A stretch of 62,044 nt of DNA, filler included, from Asterionella formosa (lineage: Eukaryota): the NCBI GenBank assembly GCA_002256025.1. It is 25 parts of 25 records of this genome, joined end to end, with 100 filler letters (N's around TTAATTAATTAA, not from the genome) between each part and the next. Parts side by side here need not be neighbours in the genome. Positions count along the whole stretch, not along the records: positions 47,272 to 49,651 come from NKIB01015344.1; positions 49,752 to 52,131 come from NKIB01015345.1; positions 52,232 to 54,610 come from NKIB01015346.1; positions 54,711 to 57,086 come from NKIB01015347.1; positions 57,187 to 59,565 come from NKIB01015348.1; 20 more parts are not named here. One strand, 5' to 3'. Made by a program: the position numbers and the translations under genes. Numbering within the stretch: the stretch's first letter is position 1; each line of letters begins with the position of its first letter. The notes below the pieces were generated by a model, which searched no databases, was not told the origin of the DNA, and saw only the letters and a list, made by a program, of their open reading frames with translations. Below, in pieces: positions 48,125-59,665 of this stretch.

Positions 48125-48975
48125 TGTCAATGTCGTCTTGAATGTAATGAGAGTTGTTTATTGTTTATTCGAGCTACTTCTTTGTTTGGTTCTTGTTTGT
48201 GTTAAAAATCCTTTCTCGTCGTCGTCGTCGTCGTTTTAGTCGTGATTGAAAAGTAATTCTTCAGCCCTTCTGCCAAAGTAGTGTCTCGGCAACTTGTCGT
48301 AGAATTCTACGCAACTCATTCCTCCTGCATGCCGAAACCTGTTCGCATATGTAAAAATAACATTCATTTGCGTGTGTGTCGTATCATGTCGCTCGTGTTT
48401 GTAATTCTTGATACTTGTCCATCAAAGTGCTAGTCTACACGAAATAATTTCTCTACCACCTGATGTCGTTGAGTTCTACATGAAATCATCACCATGATGA
48501 TGCCGGAACTTTTGTCCATCATAAAATATGTTTGTACATATGCCCTTCGTGATAGTACACCGGTATCAGTACAACAGGTACATTTATTGGAAAAATACCA
48601 TGTGGTATCACTCCACATGGTTCGTTATATTCTTCATGTAGAAGAAGGTTGAAGTTTATTCAAATGTATGTTTGATACCAGTATTTAACATAGATTAATG
48701 ACCCCGAGGGTCATTTTAGCTTACCCGGTATTCAGCTAAGCAAAATTCCGGAAATGATTGAGAATTTTTCCCTTTCCACCTACTGACAAAATGTTGGTAC
48801 AAAAGCCTCCAAGACAAAGTGAAAGTGAGAAAACTTGCTTACCGGTACCATGTTTCTGTCTCACGATCAACCAGCTGTCATGCATGCATGCAATATTCTT
48901 TTTTAATTGGAAGAGACGAGAGAAGTGACACAGTAGAGCGTGTGATAGACCTACCACAGCTATGACAGGTACAAT

Positions 48976-49651
48976 TTATTTCACCCACTGCCTGGGTACC
49001 TTGATAGTAATTCTGGTTTCTTTAACAACTGTAAATGAATGCTGACAAACAAAGTATATCTCCACTTCCAATTTTACCAGGTTGCTTAGACAAGTCGTGA
49101 GGTTGCTTGAGGCCCCTGCTTGTTTACTGAGTTGTTTAATATAAACAATTCTGGGACAGCTCTCCTTTAATTCAGCATCGATAGTACGAAGAGTCTTCAT
49201 TATTTGTGGTATTTTAGCTTTCAAATAAGAGAACATGGCCTGGCCTTGTTGATTTAGTTGTGTCACTTCACTTTTTAAATCTTGCACTCCAAGATTTATT
49301 TGTTTCACTTCAGTTGGCAAACCTTGCAAACCCTGAACTCCATGATTTATTTGTTTCACTTCAGTTGACAGACCTTGCAGTCCACGATTTATTTGTTTCA
49401 CTTCAGTTGCAATCACTTGCATTGAGGTGAAATTTTTTTTATTAATATCACCTTCACCTTCACTAAAATTATCAATTCAACAGTGATAGCCTTTTCCTGG
49501 ATCTCTCTCAAGCTTACTAATAATATCCCCCCACCAATGATAGCGCTCGTTTGGATCCCTCTTCAGCAATCCTTTATGCAGAGTTTTCAAAAAAGTCCAG
49601 TCTTTGATTTTTGGCAAAAATGTTTCGACCTTTTCTTCACAAACTTGGTCA
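48976..49651 (-). pseudogene. Coiled-coil repeat plus partial COR-like segment, apparently truncated
   Basis: EVKQINxGxQGL repeats, then CPRIVYI...IYFVCQHSF...IKVPRQWVK*, reminiscent of ROCO/TORNADO1 C-terminal regions. Frame is disrupted upstream. Confidence 0.35.
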
Positions 49652-49751
49652 NNNNNNNNNNNNNNNNNNNNNNNNNNNNNNNNNNNNNNNNNNNNTTAAT
49701 TAATTAANNNNNNNNNNNNNNNNNNNNNNNNNNNNNNNNNNNNNNNNNNNN

Positions 49752-51055
49752 ACTCCAAATCATTCGCGCTGGTGCACCAGCATACAATGCTTGGATCCCT
49801 TCGGTTCGTACTAAATATTGGATTGAAGCCACCAGTCCTAATTGGGAAGGAATTGTTTGTGTTACCAATCGTGTCTTGATGACATCAATGGGAGTCATAC
49901 ACCCACTTGCAATGGCCCCAGCCATAGCCCCAGCCATGAATAAGACAGGTATACCATGAAATGGTGTTTTCGTTGTTGGTGGTGACTGATGTGAGTTTGA
50001 CTCATGTTGGGTCCATTTGTATTTGAATTCTTCATACAAGGCAAATCTTAAAATGGCACTAGGCACATTTCTTAATAATGTAGCTTGGTATCCACAATAC
50101 AATCCTTGTATACCATGTGCCTTGATGGTGGAAGTGATAATACTTTGAATAGTCATTGATTCCATTGTTGCTGTTGTGGCCGAGTATTGCAATTGCTGTT
50201 TAATAAATTCCTTGGGAACAAAAATTAAGGAAGACAATGCATTTCCACTAGCTGCAGCCAATGCATGAATGTAAAGTCTTGAAGAAAATGTCGTTGTAGG
50301 TATAAATTTGGCAAGAATAGTTTTCATTGTTTCATATGCTCCAAAGTACAAGGCTGATGATGGGATTGCTCCAAGTGTTGCTGGAATGACCCCTCGATAG
50401 GCCCTTTGTACTCGCAAGATGCGTCGTAGTTTTGGTACTATTGACTGATGAATGTTATTTGTTGATGTGAGTAATAGTTGTGCGGTTGTTGATGGAAACA
50501 TGAGATCCATAAGTGCATGTCGGACAGACTGATATCGAATGGGATTGGCTTGTCGGAGACTATACCCAAAGAGAGAGCGAGAGAGAGAATATGTTAGAAT
50601 AATGATCAAGATATGTCTACACATAGTTTATAGGTTACTTACGTCTTTGCAGTATCCACTGGATAGAGAACAGCAGTTCCTACAGCTCCTGCAATCCCTC
50701 CTGCCAATGCCACTTTTAAATGATGAGCAAAGGACGATACTGATGATGATGATGACGATGCCACCACCAGTAATGGAGCTGTCGTTGTTGATCCTCCTCT
50801 GCTTTGGATACTCAGCCTCAGTTTGTTGCAATAATGGGATGGCGCATTGTTCTTCCAATTGTAATTATACTTTGTTGGCGCAGCAGCAGCAGCATCATTG
50901 CTTCTGATTATATTACTGTCTATACCACCAAGAACTGAATGTAGCAGTAGCGGTAGAAGGAGTAGGGGTTCCAACCAACGATGCTTCCTACCGACGGCAT
51001 TGAATGACAATGACTCTGGCCGAATTATCCGAGAGAATGAATTTTTTGTTGTCAT
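49752..51055 (-). CDS. Mitochondrial-carrier-family protein (SAM-carrier-like) with long N-terminal extension; intron 50560-50642; 3' truncated
   Basis: PVDTAKT|LRQ (spliced), PKEFIKQQLQ and PIDVIKTRL signatures. PSSALYFGAYE and LLRNVPS resemble SAMC/PET8-type carriers. Confidence 0.85.
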
Positions 51056-53271
51056 CTTGCAGATGCAGGTGCATTTAATTTTAAATACAAAAACCTGTTT
51101 GTATTGGGTGATGCGACTGTTCAAGTATGATGAATAAATACAGTACTAATAATCATCCAGTACTCAGTAGTGACTGTAACTGTCTCCAACTAATAAATAC
51201 CGAAAGACTTTGAGCGAGACCAACTGATGGCAGGTACTATTTTCTGTCAGCTAAGCTATCGTTGATGGTAAAAAGGGTGGATGTTGTGGACTCCTCCTAC
51301 TAGCTAGCATACCGGTATGCATATGCATATAATGATAATAGCAATGATAATGGCAATGGCAATGGAATTGCCAAGTATGTGCGTATGCAACTAAGAGCAA
51401 TAGCCACTTACAAATGGTCAATGTTGAACAGATCAGATCGGTAGTTCTGTATTCGATCAAATAAAGATGGAAATGATTTTTGTTGATGGTCGAATTGCAT
51501 ATCTTTACTTCACACGCACACGCGCACATCATGATCATGCACATACATACCGGTATCCTATAAACAGTATACATATGGTGTTTGGCAGTATTGTACCAGG
51601 TACCAGGATACCAGGTACAAGTGCTGTTACCGTACCAGTAACCAGCACCTGGTACCAGGTACCTGTACCATACATACCGGTAGTTAGTATACCGGTAGAC
51701 AGGTATTGCCGGCAGAAGTATCATATACTCTATGATATGTAGGCTCTGCTGTCTGTGATAAAGTAAGTCCACCTGCTTAGTTCGTACGCACATAGCTGTC
51801 ATTCACGTTCTGGCACACGATGTAAAAAGAGTACAAATATGGTATATATATTGGTTACACCATACAGTACAGCCAGCATATACCAGAAGTACTCGGAGTT
51901 ATATATTCATCGTGAGATATTTGTAATGGTCAATAAATATTTAGACCGGAATATTCTAATGTATGAATAATATTTTATAGCAATGGATATATAACAATAG
52001 TAAGTGTGTTTATAATAACCTTTTCTTGATACCCCTTGTTTCGATTCCAGATATCATGGAATCTTCGCCGTCGTCGCCATCGTTGTCGTCTTCACCTGGC
52101 GACGCATCTACAACAGAAGATTCATGGGATGNNNNNNNNNNNNNNNNNNNNNNNNNNNNNNNNNNNNNNNNNNNNTTAATTAATTAANNNNNNNNNNNNN
52201 NNNNNNNNNNNNNNNNNNNNNNNNNNNNNNNGACTGACGAACTATTGCACCAGCATACCACGTGGATCCAAATTGATGTTCCTAAATCTGAGCTTAGCGA
52301 CGGCTCAAAATCTTTCTCACAATGCGGTAAATTCTGATTGCCGACTTGATCATTCTGGTTATATGGTCAGCTGTGATGTTTGCTTGACAAACTGATCACA
52401 CATTGCTGGAGAGTTGTTTTGTGTCTGTCAAGGTTAACAACACCATGATGCAATGAAGAGGTAGAGTTCCTCATCTTCCCTGTTTTCAGTACATAGCGAA
52501 GAGTATCTGCTCCATTTACATAATTTTCTTAGTGTGGAACCTTATCAAGTGACAGCAAGAACTTAACTGATAAGTTGAACAATTTTCCTAATTCCAGTTA
52601 CCATTGCAGCCATGTCGACCTTAACAAGATTCTCTGACGCCAGAAAAATTAGTGATTTAATGGCAGTTAGTCAACTCTAGATCCATCAAAGGCTGTTGTC
52701 AGGTTCAGATAATGATGAAAAATCAAATAGTTCTATCCCACCAAAGAGATTTGATAGATCATCCAATCTAGTAGTCCACATGGTTTACCCAAATCATCAT
52801 GATCATTGTAATATATTTTTTTCTTGTTTTACTTTCATTTCTATTTTCTTGTTCTTTTAATTCTTGGATCCTTTATTTTCATGGGTTTTTCTCTACTTTG
52901 ATTCTCTCACCATCATCATCATCATCATCATCATCATCATTTTCTCCTGCTTAATTTCTTGATAAATGCCATCCATATTCAGATAAAGCATTCAGATAAT
53001 CTAGCATTACATTGTAAGCACAGATAGTGGTAGTAGCTTCTGAATGCCATTTTGATTTTTGGTAGAATTTTTGTTTTCTGGTGTAGAACTGGGGAGTGAA
53101 GGGCGCTGAAAGTCGCTTCAGACATTGACCCAATCCAAGTGATAATCCGCAACAAATCAATACATATCATTACCAATAACAAGTATACCGAGCAAATCGC
53201 TAGAACTCATTCAAATGAAGGCGAGGAGATACTCTCTTGGAAAAATGGGATACAAGTAATCATTTCCCAAA

Positions 53272-53720
53272 GTGGTAGTAGTCTATGGACTCAGCTCACA
53301 TGGAGGACTGAATATCGTGGATCTGTTAGTAGAACAAGAAATTCGAGGAATCTCCAATCTCCTCTACCATATCTACGTACAGGACAGCATCTCCAAGCTC
53401 AATCAAATCTACATCCAAGCATCACAACTGGAATCAGGACAATTCGAAGAAGCTATGATGAACACTCAACTTCACATCCCATATCTTGCCCAAACATGGA
53501 TTACAAAGAACATCAGGGGATTTATGGCGCAACATGACTTACGCATAGAAACCACCGAAAATTGGACACTTAAAAACAAATTTCCACATGATAGATCCCT
53601 TATGGAGTTATTCTCAGAGTCAAATATCAGCAACTTAATGAATTATTTCATGTGAACAGCTGCAAGCTAGTATGTCTACAAATTATATCAGTCGCAGACA
53701 TTGTGACAGCTGATGGCATG
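53272..53720 (+). mobile_element. Degenerate non-LTR retrotransposon fragment (post-RT region)
   Basis: YGLSSHGGLNIVDLLVEQ...QLESG...YLAQTWI aligns by eye with FGSSHYSGFNLPELWVSQ...QLHLG...YIEPSWL in the 12469-13733 element. Confidence 0.65.
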
Positions 53721-54879
53721 AAAATCAGAGAGGAAATTTCCACTGTCAAAGTATAAGTGACATAAAAACAAGACTTGTATGGCCAAATCAGCAAGAACAC
53801 ACACCACAAGTCAGACCGGAAAACAGCTCTTTACAAATGTCTTCTTTAGTCCAAATCTCCAAATTACAAAAGTCAGGAAAATGGTACACATATCCAAGGG
53901 AATGGCTTGGTGGTTTAGCACGTTGCCTTTGATCTGAGTTTGTGAGGTTCAATTCCCACAATATTTTTGAAAAGCAATTGTTGGGTTTGACACCCACACT
54001 CCTTACCCTACTGCATGGTCTTGCCTGATGTGCAAGAAATAGTGGGTTGCCCCCCTACAAGCAGCTTGTGCCGCCTTCCTGGGCAGTTGGAGTTTCCCCT
54101 AATGCTGTAGCTTTGATGATCACCTTTTGCGAAAGATGGAAGTCAATGCTGACTGGTCTGTAAGTTCGACAATGCTAACGTCTCCTCAGAAAATTGATTT
54201 TCTTTATTTCTGACACAAAATAACTTTATTTATTTATTGCATGACAATACTTATTACCTGATTGCATATCGTACTTTGATTGTTCAAAACATCATGATCA
54301 ATTTTTATTGATATTGCATGTTACAATCATTCTCATGTGCTTGATGCTCATTTTACCATCAATACAACATATATATTACTCTTACTCCGGTTGTAATACT
54401 AAAATCTGCTATTTTTTGCGAAAAAAGGAACCTCGTTTTGCCCTTAAATACATAAATACTTAAGAAGCTGTCATGATATAAATTTGCTACTACGACACTC
54501 TGGGAAATGAAGTGAAGGATCCATCAATACTGAAGAAAAACTGCTTTTACCCAGCACTCTTTGACGGAAAACCTAGTCCACAATCTCATGAGCATAGACT
54601 AAAACAGAAANNNNNNNNNNNNNNNNNNNNNNNNNNNNNNNNNNNNNNNNNNNNTTAATTAATTAANNNNNNNNNNNNNNNNNNNNNNNNNNNNNNNNNN
54701 NNNNNNNNNNGCTCGTTGTGTTTGTACTTGACTTGGCAGCTGTCAGCCAAGAGCAGCCATGGCATGTCACCATTTATTGTCTATACAAGTTTCGAATGCG
54801 TTCAGCTATGATATCTTTTGCTCCCCCCTCCTAAACACTATCTCACCACCCTTGTCGTAGATTTTTCTTTATCCTTCGG

Positions 54880-55200
54880 CTTCACAGGCCCAGGTTACTC
54901 AATGCCTTCATCTGCAAGGAGTTCAGCCAAGCAGGTCCACGTTGGAGTCAAGAAAACCTCAACCCCGATTTTCCTCACATGCTCCACCCATTGACTTCTT
55001 CATTGATGAAGTCAAGGTAGCTATACTGACGACATCAGGTGGCGCAGGCTTGTGTATAGATTGATGAAGCTGAAAGCATTGCTTCCTTTTCCGGTAGGTA
55101 TCTATTTGTCAACATTGTTTGGTTCAATCCATTCTTGTTCCCGCAAGACCAGAAGCAATTATCCCTTTACTTCTCCTCCCAATAACCTTCATTTCTCTTT
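54880..55200 (-). mobile_element. Fossil IS630/Tc1/mariner-related transposase
   Basis: Across frameshifts it reads LLLVLREQEWIEP, SLRHLMSS..DFINEE, VFLTP...AEL.ADEGIE..W. This fits the KG..QVL.ERG / DF..E / PK.H.EL...IE..W pattern. Confidence 0.55.
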
Positions 55201-55854
55201 CACAATTGTCCTGATGATGTTTGCAGAGCACCATTTTTAGTTCCCTTTTGATTTTTCCACTGGTTTCGATCCCTTTTGCATTCAAGTCAAGAAACAAGCA
55301 ACTCATTGAGATTTCTGGAGGTCTCGGTCAGTGGCACCATAAAGCAACAATCAACAGATCATGGCGGCTGTTCTACATTTTTTGTAGCAAGTGACATTCA
55401 AGAAGAGACTGGGATCATTGGGAAGACAAATTAGTAGGATTCTCTGTGTTTGCCCCCGCCCGGCCCTGTTTGGCAGCCATTCTACCATTGCTTCCTCTCA
55501 ATCAATACTAGTATAGCTAATGAAAACCGTAATTAGATGAAATGTGACTTCCGGTTTCTAATTTTTTCGTTCCTCTCGACATGGCTGCTTTGTCGTTGTT
55601 GCAAGAATCAGTGTGAGGACTGGAGAGGATGATGAGCCAAACCACATTACTTTCACTGGTACATTCTCCTACCAAGAAATTTAAATAAAGGAACCTAAAA
55701 GAAACAATAAATATAATAATTAAATATCCATAGTCAAAAGGGTTACTATTTAAATTACGAGGGCATTTATCACAATTATTAGATGATATAACGAAAAATT
55801 ATGATCAGATGATCATAATCCTATGATGCATCATGGAAATATGATGGTTTTTAT

Positions 55855-56882
55855 TTGCAGACGGAACTTGATGACACCACACTACTTAGTGATGACGAAC
55901 ATCGAAAGTTTCAGATGTTAATTGGCATGTTGAATTGGGTAGTAACAATTGGGAGATTTGATGTCGCACACGCCACAATGTCATTGTCAAGATTCTCTGT
56001 ATGTCCAAGAAAAGGACACCTTAAGCGGGTATTGAAAGTGTTTGGCTACCTTAAGAGGAGGCCAAATAGGCGAATTGTTGTGGATTCTAGGTCGCCTGAC
56101 TTCTCAGGATTTGAGGAAGATTTTTCTAAAGACTACGCAAGTATTCTTGCTGAAGACTACCCTGAAACATCTGAGGAGGTTGACTGCAACCTACCAAAGC
56201 CATTAGTCGATGAGTTGGACATAACTGTGTTTGTTGACTTAGATCATGCCCATGACAAGATCACACGCAGGTCAGTGACCGGTTTGATTATATTTGTTGG
56301 AAGAACAACTGTATTCTTTATGAGTAGGCGACAAGGAGCAGTGGAGACATCAACATACGGCGCTGAGTTTTGTGCTATGCGCATTGCAGTTGATGAAACC
56401 ATAGCTATTCGTTAATTGCTACGCTCAATGGGAGTGTGGGTGGCTAATGCCTCATACCTGTTTGGTGACAAGAACCTTGGAGTAGTTCAGAATGTTACTA
56501 TCAAGGATAGTATGTTGAAGAAGAAACATGTTGCCATCTCATATCACAAGGTGAGGGAGGCGGCGGCATGCGGAATTGTACATCCAGTCAAGATTGATGG
56601 AAGGTATAATTTTGCAGATGTGCTCACCAAGGCCCAGACTAACAAGGTGTTTGCCATGTTAGTTGGGGAGGTGATGCATGGATAGGGATTAGGGATTTGC
56701 ATATTCTATGCAAGTATTATTCTATTGTGGTCAATCAAACTATTAGATTATTGATTCAAGAGGAGTGATAAATACGGGAACGAGATTGCTCGGGTTCTCC
56801 GGGTTGTACCATCTACGTAGATACATACTAACCTAGTAAAAAGTACTGCTGGAATGGCCTCAAGTCACAACTTGTTGGACCT
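55855..56882 (+). mobile_element. CoDi-type Copia RT/RNase H end with premature stop, plus a deleted and truncated LTR (56766-56882)
   Basis: FQMLIGMLNW, VFVDLDHAHD..TRRSVTG, VETSTYGAEF, LKKKHVAISYHKVRE, NFADVLTK. TAA at 56413. The LTR lacks about 70 bp relative to 21047-21284. Confidence 0.92.
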
Positions 56883-57186
56883 GCTATCCTTAATAGTAAC
56901 ATTCTGAACTACTCCAAGGTCGTCACCAAACAGGTATGAGGCATTAGCCACCAGCACTCCTGGTTCATCTAGAGGTTCAGGAATAGGACTGGTGGGAGCG
57001 TTCCTTTTGCGTTTACGATCCTTCATTTTTGTTATTCTGGACTTGAGCGTAAGGTCACCATAAGGTACCTCATCACTGTAAGGCTCNNNNNNNNNNNNNN
57101 NNNNNNNNNNNNNNNNNNNNNNNNNNNNNNTTAATTAATTAANNNNNNNNNNNNNNNNNNNNNNNNNNNNNNNNNNNNNNNNNNNN

Positions 57187-59565
57187 TTTGTCTGGATTCA
57201 TTCTGAGAACAATTCCTGGAAATGCTGGGGTTGATGCATCTCTTGGATACTTTCCAAAAATATCATGATAATCTTGGAGCATAACATGCACAAAATCCTC
57301 CATGCTCGACTCCAAGTAGCGTCCCACTTTATCTTGGCCCCAATCGTACCACACTCCCAAATGCTTCTTCAAAGGGCCAAGCTCCTTAATTGTGAAGTGT
57401 TTCTTGATTTCATTTTTGAACCATTTAATATCATTTGGCTTTCCAGCAATTGCACAATCATCGACATGTGTGGCAATTATTAGGATTAGTGCATTGTTTT
57501 CCTTGATGAAGAATACACATGGATCGACCTTGCTCTGCCTCAATCCAACTTTGGTTAAGTTTTGAACCATCTTCTTGAAGAATTGTAGCGCTGCTTGAAC
57601 TGTGCCATACGTGGCCTTCTCCAACTTAATGCATTTGTTTTTCATTGTTTCTTGTGTTTCGAAACCAAAGTCTAAAACCCCATCTGGCCATTCAATATAG
57701 ATTTGCTCTTCCATGTCTCCTTCAAGAAAAGCAGCTTCAACATCAATGATTTCACAAACCCATCGTATTTCTTCAGACTTATCCCATTTGTATAACGAGA
57801 GAGCGAATATCATACGCATTGAAGCATCTTTTGCAACTGGAGCAAATGAATCAGTGAAATCCAGTCCTGGGATCTGAACGTAGCCTTTCACTATAATACG
57901 TCCTTTGTATCGAATACTTTTATCCTGCTCGGATTTCTTCTTGAATACCCAGCGTGTGCCTAAGGGTTTTCTGCCCTTGAGATTGTCACGAGGAACCATT
58001 TTCCAAACATTTCGCTTGTAGAAATTGTTGATTTCATTTTTAATAGCAACGGTCCACTGCTTGCTCTCGTCTCCTTTCATAGCCTCCTTGTAATGCTTTG
58101 GCTCCCCGGGATCCGAAGCAAGCGTTGTAGAATATGCATAGAACCTCTCTACTCCTTCTTCACTTTGAAATAGTTCATCATCATCCTGATAGGCCGCTTC
58201 AGAATAATCTATTTCTTCAATTGATCCTTTGTCCTTGTCATCTAGTTGTAAGCTGCGCCGAGCACTGCGTTTGCCAGTAACTTCTTTCCAACCATCAAGG
58301 CGTTTCAATTCTCGTTCCAATTTTGCTTTCTTCTAAGCATCTTTGTTGATCTCATCACCTAACTTCCCCACTGCTTCGGATAGCTGAAATCTTGTTTGTT
58401 TCACAACTGGAACAGGTGTTTCCAAATCAATATCCTGCTGGATAGGTGGCACAACAGGAAGAACATCTTCGTCCTGCTTTGCATCATCAATTGGAATAAC
58501 AACCACTTCTGTGTCCCCTTCCACATTGAAATCCCTCAAACCTGCGATTGGACTTGTTTGGCCATGCCAATCAGCCCAGCGAATGTTTCGACTATTTAAA
58601 ATCTTTCTTGTCTGAGGGTTAAACATTCGGTAAGTGTCTCCAGCATGATCATGAGAATAACCAACCATCACACATTTAATGGCCTTTTCTTCGAGTTTAT
58701 TTGTTTTCTTAGCACCAATTTTCACCCATCCGATCCTGCCAAAATGCATTAGATGATCGTAAATCATTGGAACCTTTTTGTAAAACTTCTCATCTGCACT
58801 TTTTACATCATTAGATGTGGCCACAATGTTCGTGATTCGTGTGTTGGTGTTGATGGCCTCTGCCCAAAGTAAACCTTGAAATTCATCATTAAATTTTGCA
58901 GCAAACATTGCTGCACATGCTCGTTGACGAATGGTTACAAACTTTCGCTCCACAATTCCATTCTGTTGTGGTGTGTAGGGTGCCGTAAATTCGATTTGAA
59001 TATTGAATTTCTCGCATAGTTTTGTCAAACCTGAGACGTTTTCACCCGCATTGTCACAACGGAGAAACTTGGTAACATACTCAGCCGTTTTGAGTTTAGT
59101 CAACAAATCTTCAATCTTTGAAGCAAGCTGTGACTTCTTCTTAACAAAGAAACTCCAAGATTTTCCGGTGTAATCATCAACAACAAGGATCCAATAGTCA
59201 TTTCCTAAAATCGACTTTTTATATGGACCGCTGATATCTGTGCACAAACGTTCGCCCGGTTGAGTAGCCTTGCTCATAGTGATTTTAGGAACACTTTTTG
59301 CTTTAGCCTTAGCTAGCGCACATCCTTCACATGTATACATCACACCTGTCATTTTGATACCAAGCGATTTCATAGTAGCCCGCAATGCCGCTTCCCCAAT
59401 ATGTCCGTATTTAGCGTGAGCTTCATTAATGTCCATACTGGTCAATTTCGTTGTGATGACCTCTGCAGATAAGATATCACTCCCACCTGGGTAAATTCCA
59501 CGAGTTCCTTGGAAATAGTACAAAACATCTGAATGATCACGTTTGAAATCTAGCGTCTCAGTTTT
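57187..59565 (-). mobile_element. Ty1/Copia pol (integrase-RT), copy A, in-frame TAG at 58333-58335
   Basis: HAKYGH...CEGC, CTDISGP, RCDNAGE, QNGIVER. RT motifs RWVFKKK, DVEAAFL, HVDD. Confidence 0.97.
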
Positions 59566-59665
59566 NNNNNNNNNNNNNNNNNNNNNNNNNNNNNNNNNNN
59601 NNNNNNNNNTTAATTAATTAANNNNNNNNNNNNNNNNNNNNNNNNNNNNNNNNNNNNNNNNNNNN

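Noticed and set aside
51251..51802. 183-aa ORF and similar Y/R/V/P/G/T-rich short ORFs
   Set aside because: By-products of the TACCWGG motif arrays and low-complexity DNA.
2394..59665. Regular ~2.49-kb periodicity, TTAATTAATTAA motif and ORFs ending in X...LIN
   Set aside because: Scaffolding linker artefact, not biology.
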